Below, one piece after another: positions 49,571 to 58,811 of a stretch of 64,000 bases of DNA (positions are counted from its first letter, which is position 1; each line of letters begins with the position of its first letter). Source of the DNA: Candidatus Eiseniibacteriota bacterium (lineage in GTDB: Bacteria; Eisenbacteria; RBG-16-71-46; SZUA-252); NCBI GenBank assembly GCA_035716085.1, contig DASTKC010000169.1, forward strand, positions 11,162-75,161, given 5' to 3'. The position numbers and the translations under genes are program-made. Under the pieces are notes generated by a model, which worked only from the letters and a program-made list of their open reading frames with translations, was not told the origin of the DNA and made no database searches.

Positions 49571-50749
49571 CTAGAACGGGTGCTGCCCGTGCGGGCCGAT
49601 GTTGAACGTGGTCTTGAAGAAGTAGCTCATCTCGCTTCCGTCGAAGTCGCGGTCCTGCCCCTGGAGGCTCAGCGACCAGAACTCGCTCGGAGTGAACGTG
49701 AGGAAGCCGAGGCCGCCGGTCGTCGTGTCGTCCGCGATCGCGTCGATCGCCTGCGACCAGTCGTAGCGGGCTCCGAGGTGCCAGCGCCGGGCGAACTGAT
49801 AGTCGGCCCAGGCGAACCCGCCGGTGCGGCGAGGTCCGTCGTCGGGGTCGCGAGCCATCCACTCGAACTGCGCCGTGAGCGAGCGATAGATCGCGCGTTT
49901 CGGATTCTTCCAACGGAACGTGGCGTCCGCGCCGTAGAGCTGGGCGCGCCGCGCGTCGGGAACCGCGAGCGGATCCACCGTTTCCGCCGGCCCGTTCGCG
50001 CCGTTGGCGTACGAGCCGCCCAAGGTGAGATTGGTCGTCTCGCCGAGATCGAAGAACGTCGACGCCCGCGCGAGATACAGGAGGTCCTTCCCGCGGTACT
50101 CGGCGAACGCCGGCACGCTCGTCGAGTCGGGCGTGTTCGTCACCTCGCCGTCGAAGTTGAGGTAGAAGGGAAGCGGCGCGAGCCAGGACACCGACGCCCC
50201 AATTCCAGAGAGCCCTTCCTCACCGAGGAACCGCTCCGCCGCGAGCGGACGATCCGCGAACGGCGTCTCCGGCGGGTGCGTGCGGTTGAACTTTCCGAAG
50301 TTGCTCCGGAATTTACCCAGCTTGGCCGTGAATCCCGCGGGCAACGTGAGGAGCGTGAGGTACCCCTCCTCGACGTCGATCCCTTCGTCCGGACTCACCG
50401 AGATGAAGAAGTCGGCGCGGCTGTACGGGTCGACGGTGGCCTGGTATCCCAGCTCGACCTCGCGGAGCTGGAACGCGCTCGTGTCGGTCCGGTCGAGCGC
50501 GTCGCCGGCCTGACCCTGAAACCATCCGATCGCGCTGATGTTCGGGTTGAGCAAATTCGAGCCCGCGGGCGGCGCCGTGACGCCACCGGACGCCGGCGAA
50601 TCCACGGGCGTGGTTTGCGTCGCGGCCGCGTCGGGCGCGGACACCGTGCTGTCGGAGAACGAGGACGATTCCTGAGCGATCGCGAAGCCCGCGGCGCTTG
50701 AGACCAGCGCGACGGCGAGCACGGCGATCGCCCATGCGTGGTAACGCAT
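49571..50749 (-). CDS. Outer-membrane beta-barrel porin (putative metal/anion uptake porin)
   Basis: Signal peptide. Alternating beta-strand pattern. C-terminal …GPHGQHPF (terminal Phe). Immediately upstream of znuA-like gene. Confidence 0.5.
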   Translation of the reverse strand: MRYHAWAIAVLAVALVSSAAGFAIAQESSSFSDSTVSAPDAAATQTTPVDSPASGGVTAPPAGSNLLNPNISAIGWFQGQAGDALDRTDTSAFQLREVELGYQATVDPYSRADFFISVSPDEGIDVEEGYLTLLTLPAGFTAKLGKFRSNFGKFNRTHPPETPFADRPLAAERFLGEEGLSGIGASVSWLAPLPFYLNFDGEVTNTPDSTSVPAFAEYRGKDLLYLARASTFFDLGETTNLTLGGSYANGANGPAETVDPLAVPDARRAQLYGADATFRWKNPKRAIYRSLTAQFEWMARDPDDGPRRTGGFAWADYQFARRWHLGARYDWSQAIDAIADDTTTGGLGFLTFTPSEFWSLSLQGQDRDFDGSEMSYFFKTTFNIGPHGQHPF

Positions 50750-50820
50750 GAACGTGCCTCCTCTATTCGATTGTCGTGTGAAGCGTGGACCGGCGGACCG
50801 CGCCGGGAAATCGGGGAGAG

Positions 50821-51099
50821 CTAGGTCTGAGGAGGTCCGCGTCCCGTGGGGGCCGCGAGGAGGAGTGCGGGGCTTTCGACGACGACGGCGTCAGCGAGTC
50901 GCTCGGGAGGCGAATCGAGTCGAGGCGGCTCCAGCGGCGAGACGACGTCCACCTGGCTCGCCTGCAGGTCCTTGCAAATCTGACACGGCGGGCCCGGGTG
51001 CTCGTGGAGCACGGCCGATCCCAGCCACGCTCCGAAGAGGAGCAGGGCCAGGAGGGCCATCGCGCGGGATGTCGTTCGAGAGCGCATCATCGTGTCCAA
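50821..51099 (-). CDS. Small secreted His/Cys-motif protein (HEHPGPPCQICK)
   Basis: Signal peptide (MALLALLLFGAWLGSAV). HxH + CxxC. Possible metal-binding. Real start probably the internal Met (about 51060). Confidence 0.35.
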   Translation of the reverse strand: MDTMMRSRTTSRAMALLALLLFGAWLGSAVLHEHPGPPCQICKDLQASQVDVVSPLEPPRLDSPPERLADAVVVESPALLLAAPTGRGPPQT

Positions 51100-51139
51100 C
51101 CGTACCAGCGACCCGCCGGTTCCTGCAACCGTCCGGGCC

Positions 51140-51310
51140 CTAGCCCTTCCGGGCCGCCACGATCATGCCCACCCCCCAGACGATGAGGAGCGCCGGCCAG
51201 TAGCGGAGGAGGTTCCCGTGGAGGTATCCGAACTCCTTCAGGAGGAGGAGGATTCCGACCGCGATCAGCGTGAGGGGAAACGCGATGCTCATGCTTCCTT
51301 TGCCGGGCAT
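51140..51310 (-). CDS. Small membrane protein (56 aa; LiaI/LiaF-N-terminal-like). Not in ORF track.
   Basis: Translated by eye: MPGKGSMSIAFPLTLIAVGILLLLKEFGYLHGNLLRYWPALLIVWGVGMIVAARKG. AGGAG RBS about 7 nt upstream. Two TM helices. Confidence 0.35.
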   Translation of the reverse strand: MPGKGSMSIAFPLTLIAVGILLLLKEFGYLHGNLLRYWPALLIVWGVGMIVAARKG

Positions 51311-51345
51311 CCTCGGGGCTCCTGGGTGGTGGGGTGGCTTCGCCG

Positions 51346-52269
51346 CTAATTCTTCGGGGGCTCTTGGCGCTGGACGCGAATCCGCATGAGATGGCCGCCG
51401 ACGTGGATCACGGTCAGCGGTCCCTTGCCTTCCGCGGTCCAGAAGGCCGCCTTGCCCTTCACGCGTCCGCTCACATGCTCCGTGAAGTCGTTGGTGAACG
51501 AATGCCAGGTGAGCGGGGAGTCGTATTCGACGCGCGCCGCGGCATCCGGGGGCAGCGTGATCTCGACATTCGAGAGGAGTCCGTGCACGTTGATCATTCG
51601 CGGCCGGACCTGACCCACGGCGAGGCGCACGGACGAGCTGATGGCCTTGATCTCGGCTTCGTCGAGGGCGTCCTCACGGAGATTGATCGTCCCGAACGCG
51701 AAGTAATTCGATGAGCGAAGCGACACGCGCTGATGCTCCGGGAGCCTCGCGTCCACGATGCTGCCGAAGAGGCTCATGTCCCCGGCGATGGGCGTCGTGG
51801 GCCACACCAGGTAGCCCACGCCGTTCTTCGCCTCGTAGCCGTGCGCGATCATGTCCTTCCCGAGAATGCTCTTGGCGTTCATGCGCGCTTCATCGGGATC
51901 GCCGGGCTGTGTATGGATCGCGAAGGAACCTCCCACCGCGCGCTGCTGGACCCGGAGCATGCGGATGCCGGGATTCGTGAAGTTGATCACCGTGGCCTGC
52001 GTCGGCGGGAGGCCCATCTCCGTGTGCTTGGAGATCCACCATCCCCCGAACACGAAGGCGGCCGCGACCAGGGCGAGTGCGAAAACGCCGAGAAGTGCGT
52101 TCTTGAGAGCGTTGGCGAGGAGGGCGAGGCCGAAGCCGACGAGGAGCACCGGCCAGAAGCGGGCGAGCCACGGCCAGACGCCATGGGGGAGATAGCCCAG
52201 GGCCGCGCCGAGAAGGAGCGCTCCCATTCCGACCAGGAAGAACCCGAAGACGAGCTTCCCGAATCCCAT
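51346..52269 (-). CDS. LiaF-like protein: N-terminal TM domain + DUF4097 (toastrack) beta domain
   Basis: Four N-terminal TM helices followed by repetitive beta-rich C-terminal region. By-eye family call. Confidence 0.5.
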   Translation of the reverse strand: MGFGKLVFGFFLVGMGALLLGAALGYLPHGVWPWLARFWPVLLVGFGLALLANALKNALLGVFALALVAAAFVFGGWWISKHTEMGLPPTQATVINFTNPGIRMLRVQQRAVGGSFAIHTQPGDPDEARMNAKSILGKDMIAHGYEAKNGVGYLVWPTTPIAGDMSLFGSIVDARLPEHQRVSLRSSNYFAFGTINLREDALDEAEIKAISSSVRLAVGQVRPRMINVHGLLSNVEITLPPDAAARVEYDSPLTWHSFTNDFTEHVSGRVKGKAAFWTAEGKGPLTVIHVGGHLMRIRVQRQEPPKN

Positions 52270-52394
52270 GTGGCACTACGGGTACCACGCGGGCGAGCGG
52301 GTTGCAAGCAGCGAGAGGACGGCTGAGTGCGCGGCCCAAGGAGATCGAGGTGAGAGCGGGATCGAGCCGGGCAAGACACATCGTGGGCCGTGGA

Positions 52395-52787
52395 ATGGCG
52401 CTGGCTGCCGCCGCGATCGTGGTCGCGACGGCTGGCTGCATGAGCGGCGTGCGCTCGCCCATGGAGCACGAGATCACGAAACGGGTCACCCCCGAGAAGC
52501 CGGAATTCGATATCGAAGGCTGGACCGACAGCACGGGAACCCACCACAAGCTCCACGGCCGCGCCCGAATCGTCGGCGATTCGATCCAGCTCTACCAGCG
52601 GAACTACGTGACCAACGCAAACCCAACGGTTACCACCAAGCTGGTGGCGACCGTACTGAGGTCGGACGTCGCGGAAGTGACCGTCGAAAGGTTCGACCCG
52701 GTGAAAACTGGGATGCTCCTCGCCACACCAGTGTTGCTCTACGGGCTGCTCATCCTGATCATCGTCTCAAGTGGGTACGAGCCGTAA
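52395..52787 (+). CDS. Hypothetical lipoprotein with C-terminal TM anchor
   Basis: MALAAAAIVVATAGC lipobox. C-terminal LLATPVLLYGLLILIIV. Confidence 0.4.
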   Translation: MALAAAAIVVATAGCMSGVRSPMEHEITKRVTPEKPEFDIEGWTDSTGTHHKLHGRARIVGDSIQLYQRNYVTNANPTVTTKLVATVLRSDVAEVTVERFDPVKTGMLLATPVLLYGLLILIIVSSGYEP

Positions 52788-52977
52788 GTAGCTGTCTTAT
52801 AGCGGCTAACCCGCCATTACCCACGCCATATCGTCCAAATTAAGGTACCTAAACTTTTTCTTGCCTCGCCGGATTCGAGCGGGCATTCTCCCCGAGTTGC
52901 TAGTGCTTAACTTTTTCGGCTGCTGACGAGGGGCGGCCGGCCCGGCTCTCGGACCCGAAAGGAACTCGACTCCCCGC

Positions 52978-54105
52978 ATGCGCTCCAAGCCCTTCGCCGC
53001 CGCCCTGCTCGCCGCCGCCGTACTGACGATGACTTCGAGCTTCGCCGCCGCCCAGGACTCCATCGAGGACAAGCTCCACTTCTCCGGCTACGGCGAGGTC
53101 CATTACAACAGCCACGAGCTTTCGGAGAATGGAATCATCGAGAACGATCCGCCCGCCGAGGTCGACGTGCATCGCTTCGTGCTCGGCTGGCGCTACGACT
53201 TCACCCCGAAGATCCGGATGGATGCAGAAGTGGACTTCGAGCACGCGGCGACGGAGATCGAGCTGGAGTACGCGTACCTCGAATACGATCTCGCGGCGGC
53301 GACCAGCCTCCGCGCCGGTGCGGTGCTCATGCCGATCGGGCCGCTCAACGAGTTCCACGAGCCGCCCAACTACTATTCGGTCGAGCGGCCGTACGTGGAG
53401 AGCTCGATCATGCCGACCACGTGGCAGGAGATCGGGATCGGTCTCGTGGGACGGCTCGGCGGCGGAGGGTTAGGGTATCGCGCGTACGTGGTCACGGGGC
53501 TCAATGCCTCCGGTTTCGATACGTTCAACGGCATCCGCGAGGGACGCGGACACGGGGCCGAGGCGCCCGCGGAAGATCTCGCGGGTGTGGCCCGGCTCGA
53601 GTACTCGACGAAGAACGGTCTCAACCTCGGCGGCTCCGCCTACTACGGCGGCGCGGACCAGGGGGACTCGACCCTCGGCGACGTCACCGTCACGATCCTG
53701 AACGCGGACGCTCGATTCCGACGCGCCGGATTCGACCTGAAGGGCGTCCTCTATCACGAGTCCGTCGGCGACGCCGACGTGCTGAGCAACGAGCTGGGAA
53801 CCACGATTGGAGAGTCGATGCTCGCCTGGTACGGCGAAGCGGCGTACGACGTCCTGCGGCGGGACCGCGAGGGATCGAGCGGCCGCGCCCTTTTCCTATT
53901 CGGTCGCTATGAAGACTTCGATACGAACACGGACGTTCCGACTGGCTTCGTCGCCAATCCCGCCGCCAACCGTACCGTGATCACCGGCGGCGTCTCCTAC
54001 ATGCCAATCGACAAGATCGCGTTCAAGGCGGACGTCGAGCACTGGACGGACGACACCGACGCCGATCTCACGCGCTTCAATCTCGGCGCTGCGTTTCAGT
54101 TCTAG
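52978..54105 (+). CDS. Outer-membrane beta-barrel porin (OprO/P-like)
   Basis: Signal peptide MRSKPFAAALLAAAVLTMTSSFAAA. Beta-strand periodicity. C-terminal …NLGAAFQF. Confidence 0.5.
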   Translation: MRSKPFAAALLAAAVLTMTSSFAAAQDSIEDKLHFSGYGEVHYNSHELSENGIIENDPPAEVDVHRFVLGWRYDFTPKIRMDAEVDFEHAATEIELEYAYLEYDLAAATSLRAGAVLMPIGPLNEFHEPPNYYSVERPYVESSIMPTTWQEIGIGLVGRLGGGGLGYRAYVVTGLNASGFDTFNGIREGRGHGAEAPAEDLAGVARLEYSTKNGLNLGGSAYYGGADQGDSTLGDVTVTILNADARFRRAGFDLKGVLYHESVGDADVLSNELGTTIGESMLAWYGEAAYDVLRRDREGSSGRALFLFGRYEDFDTNTDVPTGFVANPAANRTVITGGVSYMPIDKIAFKADVEHWTDDTDADLTRFNLGAAFQF

Positions 54106-54690
54106 ATGAAGGAGAGCACCATGCTTTCGAAACTTGCGAAGTCCGCGCTTCTCGCCGCGGTCCTCGGTAACGTCTCGATTCCGGCCGCCCAAGCGGGCAC
54201 GCCCCGCGCCGCGCAGGCTGGCGGGCCGGCGGCGGCGGCGACGGAGCCCGCTCCGTTCGCCCGCGTCTATCTTGCCATTCGCGGCTGCACGTCCTGCGCG
54301 CACTGCCGCACCGCGATCCGCCAGATGGTGAACACGAAGTCCGCCGGCGGCGAAGCGCGCCTGAGCGCTGATCAGGTCGAGGTTCGATATCCTAAGCCGA
54401 GCCCGGTGCCGCTCAAGGACGTGATCCACTCGCTCGCGGAGAACCGCCTCCACGATCTGAGCCTCGTCGACGTGCTCTTCGAAGCCCGCGGGACGATCGC
54501 TCCGGGTCCGAACGGCACCGCGACCTTCAAGCTCTCCGAGACGGGGCAAGCGTTCCCCATCACGATCGACCGCGCGGTGCGCCGGCCGGTGGACGGCACG
54601 GCCGTGCACCTCACGGCGGTCGTGGACGGATGGCGAACCAAGGACAAGTCGGGCCTCTCGCTCGCCGCGCGTACGATCGAGACGAACTGA
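54106..54690 (+). CDS. Secreted protein with CxxCxxC motif (possible metal-binding)
   Basis: Signal peptide. YLAIRGCTSCAHCRTAI. Begins 1 nt after the porin stop (operon). Confidence 0.4.
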   Translation: MKESTMLSKLAKSALLAAVLGNVSIPAAQAGTPRAAQAGGPAAAATEPAPFARVYLAIRGCTSCAHCRTAIRQMVNTKSAGGEARLSADQVEVRYPKPSPVPLKDVIHSLAENRLHDLSLVDVLFEARGTIAPGPNGTATFKLSETGQAFPITIDRAVRRPVDGTAVHLTAVVDGWRTKDKSGLSLAARTIETN

Positions 54691-54770
54691 CGGGACCTCG
54701 TTCCCGGGTTGACAAGACCGGGGCTTGCTCTCAGAATTCGCACCCGTCCAAGGACTTACAAGGAGGTGCC

Positions 54771-55520
54771 GTGGATGATCTGAGGGGCAAGTCGGCGCTC
54801 GTCACCGGCGGAACGCGTGGAATCGGCAAGGCCATCGCGCTCGCGCTCGCGGACATGGGCGCGGACGTCGCGATCAACTTCTTCCGAAGCCGCGAATCGG
54901 CCAAGGCCGCCGTCGCGGAGATCCAGGCGAAGGGCGTCAAGGCTCTCGCGGTGCGCGCGAACATGGGAAACGAGGAACAGATCCCACCCATGTTCGAAGA
55001 GATCAAGAAGAGCTTCGGCAAGCTCGACATCCTCGTCTCGAACGCCGCGCTCGGACACTTCGGCAACGTCCTCGAGGTGACCGACAAGATGTGGGACGTG
55101 GCCATGGCGACCAACGCCAAGGCGCTCCTCTTCTGCGCGCAAGAAGCCGCCAAGATGATGCCGGAAGGCGGCAAGATGGTCGCACTCACCTCGCTCGGCT
55201 CGCACCGCTACATCCCAGGGTACGCCGCGATCGGCGTCTCCAAGGCGGCCATCGAGACGCTCGTGCGGTATCTCGCCTACGAGCTCGCGCCGCGGAAGAT
55301 CAACGTGAACGCGGTGTCGGGCGGGTTCATCGACACCGACTCGCTCAAGATCTTCCCGAGCTACGACCAGATCATCCGGGAATCGACCGCGCGGACGCCG
55401 TTCGGACGGGTGGGCACGCCGGAGGAGGTCGCGAACGTCGCCGCGTTCCTGTGCACCAGCCGGGCATCGTGGGTAACGGGGCAGGTCCTGATCGTGGACG
55501 GGGGCTACACGCTGGGGTAG
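54771..55520 (+). CDS. SDR-family oxidoreductase (FabG/FabL-like)
   Basis: AAGGAGG RBS then GTG. TGGTRGIGKAIA Rossmann motif, NAA, YAAIGVSKAA catalytic Tyr-x3-Lys. Confidence 0.8.
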   Translation: MDDLRGKSALVTGGTRGIGKAIALALADMGADVAINFFRSRESAKAAVAEIQAKGVKALAVRANMGNEEQIPPMFEEIKKSFGKLDILVSNAALGHFGNVLEVTDKMWDVAMATNAKALLFCAQEAAKMMPEGGKMVALTSLGSHRYIPGYAAIGVSKAAIETLVRYLAYELAPRKINVNAVSGGFIDTDSLKIFPSYDQIIRESTARTPFGRVGTPEEVANVAAFLCTSRASWVTGQVLIVDGGYTLG

Positions 55521-55524
55521 GACG

Positions 55525-56043
55525 CTAGCGGTGGCGCGCCGACCACCAACCCGTAAGGCGCGTGCTTCCCAAGAACGCGGCCAGCTTCTGGTCGAAGAGC
55601 AGAAACGCCGTGATCCCGAGATTCACGATGCTCGCGACGACGACGTATCGGACGAGCGTCACCATTCCGCCGAATTCGGGCGGCCGCGTGATGAGGTAGG
55701 CCAGAACCGCGATCTGGCTCAGCATTGCGAACACCACCCCCCACGATCGCGCGGGGCGCTTTCCCAGCCACAAAGCGCCCATCACGTAGAAGTTCCCCGC
55801 CGTGAGCACTGCAGAGAAGAGAAGGCTCTGGATCGCGACCTGGAGCGCGTAGCCGAAGAGGAGCCCTTTGGTGGCCTGCGCGTAGACGTAGAAACCGGTT
55901 CCGAGGATCCCGCGCAGAAGCTCCTCGGCTCCCTTGATCGCCCAGAGCGCGGTGAGCGCCCAGACCTGCCACGGGCGATCCACGGTGCGAGCCTCCCGCA
56001 TGCGGCGGGCCTCGATCCGCTCGCGAGCGCCCCCGGGCGAAGC
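55525..56043 (-). CDS. Hypothetical membrane protein
   Basis: Four hydrophobic helices. Start uncertain (ATG 56043 or 56001). Confidence 0.3.
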   Translation of the reverse strand, partial: ASPGGARERIEARRMREARTVDRPWQVWALTALWAIKGAEELLRGILGTGFYVYAQATKGLLFGYALQVAIQSLLFSAVLTAGNFYVMGALWLGKRPARSWGVVFAMLSQIAVLAYLITRPPEFGGMVTLVRYVVVASIVNLGITAFLLFDQKLAAFLGSTRLTGWWSARHR

Positions 56044-56051
56044 CATCTCGG

Positions 56052-56531
56052 CTACACCGCCGCCATCACGGTGATCGTCGGCTCGTGCCGTACGGGGAAG
56101 TTCACCGAGGCGGCGATGAAGCATTCGGCGTGCGCGTCCTCGTGCAGCGCCCGCGCCTTCTCGGCATCCGAGCCGGCCGCGAGTGTGACGCGCGGCTTCA
56201 GGAGCACGTCCGTGAACTTGAACGTCCGTCCGCCCGCGCGCTCCATCACGCCGGAGGCGTCGTCCTCGTAGGAGATCACCTGGATCTTCGCGCGCGCGCA
56301 GAGCGCCGCGTAGCTCAGGAAGTGGCACGCGGAGAGCGCCGCGACGAGCAGATCCTCCGGATCGTGAATCGCCGGATCCCCCCGGAACACGGCGGCCGAG
56401 GACATCTTGAGCGAGGGCTTGCCCGGGAAATCGACGCGAACCTCGCGCGAGTACGTTTCGTACTTCACGATCGGGCCCTCGCGGGCACCGGTCCAGACGA
56501 GTCTGCAATCGAAGCGATGGGACGGGGGCAT
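56052..56531 (-). CDS. OsmC/Ohr-family peroxiredoxin-like protein
   Basis: About 159 aa, …LVAALSACHFLSYAALCA… with conserved Cys pair spacing of the OsmC family. Confidence 0.7.
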   Translation of the reverse strand: MPPSHRFDCRLVWTGAREGPIVKYETYSREVRVDFPGKPSLKMSSAAVFRGDPAIHDPEDLLVAALSACHFLSYAALCARAKIQVISYEDDASGVMERAGGRTFKFTDVLLKPRVTLAAGSDAEKARALHEDAHAECFIAASVNFPVRHEPTITVMAAV

Positions 56532-56551
56532 CGGTGGTTCCTCCTGCGGCC

Positions 56552-57880
56552 CTAGGCCACGGCGGTCCTGGCGTGCGCGGTCTCGAGATCGCGGTCGAGC
56601 GAGCGCGGCAGCCGCCGGCGCAAATCCAGGAATCCGACCGCGGCCAGGAACGCGAGCGCCATGATCACGCTCCAGACGATGAGCGGCCGGCCGTGGAACG
56701 AGTCGAGAAGGGCGCCCCCCACGACCGGTCCGAGCGACCACCCGATCGAGTTGAAGACGCCGAAGAGTCCCATGTAGCGCCCCCGCGTCGTCTCGCCCGA
56801 GAAGTTCGCCACGAGCTGGAGCGAGGGGGGCGTCGCGATGATCTCCCCGAGCGACACGACGAACGTCGCGACGATCAAGAGCGCCATCCCCCGGCCCCAA
56901 CCCATCATGCCATATCCGAGGCCGTAAAGGACCGCACCCAGCGCGAGCGACGTCGTGAGCCGGAGCGTGCGCGTGAGCTTGACCGCAGGGAACTGGAGGA
57001 ACACCACAGTGAGCCCGTTCAGGGCGTAGAGCGTGCCGAGCTGTATCTTGGTGAGCCCGCCCCACTCCACCGCGTAGACCGACAGCGTCACGATGAGCTG
57101 CGCCATCACGACGAAGAGGACCGTCGAAACGAGGAGATAGCGAAGGAAATTCGGCTCGCGGAGCGCCCTCAGGGATTCCTGGAATTGGAATTTGGGCGGC
57201 GCGGCGGCCTGCCCGATGTCGGGGATCTCCGCGATGCCCGGTTCAGGTCGTGGCCTCCGGCGGCGATGCATCGGTGACGTCTCTTCCACTGCGAACGCCA
57301 TGATCGAGGCCGCGCCGAGCATGACGCCGGAGCCGACCAGGAAGAGGGACGAGTAGGAGAGCGCCGCGAGAAACCCGCCGATCGCGGGTCCGAGCGCCCA
57401 GCCAAGGTTGCCTGCGATCCTGAGCACGCCGTAGTACTCCGCCTGGCGGTCCGCCCCGGCCATGTCGGCGACCATCGCGCCCGACGGCGGCTCGAACATG
57501 CGCCCGCCGAACGCGCTCAACGACGTCGCGAGCACGAAGACGTAGAACGGTGCGTGCGTGAGCACGGCGAAACCGAGCGATGCGAACGCGGCCGCGCGGA
57601 GGAGCTGCGACGCGATGAGCACGATTTTCCGGCCGCTTCGGTCGCTCCACTCGCCTCCCACAACCTGGCCGAGCGCGCCCCCGAGCGCCGCGATGAGGAA
57701 GAGCGCGCCCACCGCGGTCATGGGAATGCCGCGCGTGCCGTGGAGGTAGAGGCTCAGGAACGGGAGGACGATCGCGAATCCCGTCGAGCTCAAGACGCGC
57801 CCGACGAAGAGGTGCAGGAGCCGCCGATCCTCCTCGAAGAGGAGCCGGCGGGGGAAAAGGGTGTCGATCCAGCGGAGCAT
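56552..57880 (-). CDS. MFS transporter
   Basis: 12-TM pattern, …GEWSDRSGRK… MFS motif A. Confidence 0.8.
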   Translation of the reverse strand: MLRWIDTLFPRRLLFEEDRRLLHLFVGRVLSSTGFAIVLPFLSLYLHGTRGIPMTAVGALFLIAALGGALGQVVGGEWSDRSGRKIVLIASQLLRAAAFASLGFAVLTHAPFYVFVLATSLSAFGGRMFEPPSGAMVADMAGADRQAEYYGVLRIAGNLGWALGPAIGGFLAALSYSSLFLVGSGVMLGAASIMAFAVEETSPMHRRRRPRPEPGIAEIPDIGQAAAPPKFQFQESLRALREPNFLRYLLVSTVLFVVMAQLIVTLSVYAVEWGGLTKIQLGTLYALNGLTVVFLQFPAVKLTRTLRLTTSLALGAVLYGLGYGMMGWGRGMALLIVATFVVSLGEIIATPPSLQLVANFSGETTRGRYMGLFGVFNSIGWSLGPVVGGALLDSFHGRPLIVWSVIMALAFLAAVGFLDLRRRLPRSLDRDLETAHARTAVA

Positions 57881-57916
57881 GGCCAAGCGTATCACAAACG
57901 CAGTAGGCTCCCGCCG

Positions 57917-58798
57917 ATGCTGCCGGTCGATGGTGTCGTCGCGGGATACAACCTCGTCCTCGCACTCGTGTGGCTCGGACTTCGCGACCGCGCGCCACAC
58001 GCGTGGGTGGTCGCGCTGTGCCATCTCGTCGCGGCGGGCTTGCCGTGGCTCTTCGCTGGGGCGCGCCCGCGGGGCGTGTGGCGCGCGGTCCGGGAAGGCT
58101 ATCCGCTCGTCGGATTTGCCGTGTTCTGGGGAGAGCTGGGCGTCGTGCAGCGCCTGCGCGGACTGCCGCCGCACGACGAGGCGATCCGCGCGCTGGATCT
58201 CCGTTTGTTCCACGCGCACTGGAGCGATCTGTGGATGGCACGCATGCCTTACCTTGCGCTCCAAGAGGTGATGTTCTTCTGCTACTTCCTCTACTACTTC
58301 CTACTGGTCGTGCCGCCCGTCGCGATTGGCGTGGCGCGCGGGTGGAAGGCGTTCCGATCGGTCGTGCTCGCGGTGATGCTCACGTATCTGAGCTGCTTCC
58401 TCTTCTACATCGCGTTTCCCGTCTACGGTCCGCGTGCGATGGCCGCGGGCATGGCCACGCCGGCGGTCGGCTTCTTCCACACGCTCGTCGAGCGTGCCAG
58501 AGAGAGCGGGGACTCGCTCGGCACCGCCTTTCCGAGCTCGCACGTCGCAGGGGTTGTGACCATGGCGGTGATGGGGTGGCGGTGGCTCGGCCGTGGCTGG
58601 GGGTTCGTGCTCGCGGTAGCCGCCCTGGCCGTCGCTCTCTCGACGGTCTACACGGGAAACCACTACGTGGTCGACGCAGTCGTGGGTGCCCTCTGGGTCG
58701 TGCCGCTCCAGCTCTGGATCCAGCCGATCTTGGAGCGAAGGGACGTAGGACTCCCTCGCCCGGAACGGGCCGACGCAGAGCTGCCCCGCTCGCTATAA
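57917..58798 (+). CDS. PAP2-family (type 2 phosphatidic acid phosphatase-like) membrane protein
   Basis: PAP2 motifs PSSH (FPSSHVAG) and …NHYVVDAVVGAL (SRxxxxxHxxxD-type). Confidence 0.75.
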   Translation: MLPVDGVVAGYNLVLALVWLGLRDRAPHAWVVALCHLVAAGLPWLFAGARPRGVWRAVREGYPLVGFAVFWGELGVVQRLRGLPPHDEAIRALDLRLFHAHWSDLWMARMPYLALQEVMFFCYFLYYFLLVVPPVAIGVARGWKAFRSVVLAVMLTYLSCFLFYIAFPVYGPRAMAAGMATPAVGFFHTLVERARESGDSLGTAFPSSHVAGVVTMAVMGWRWLGRGWGFVLAVAALAVALSTVYTGNHYVVDAVVGALWVVPLQLWIQPILERRDVGLPRPERADAELPRSL

Positions 58799-58811
58799 TC
58801 TTCGGTCCGCC

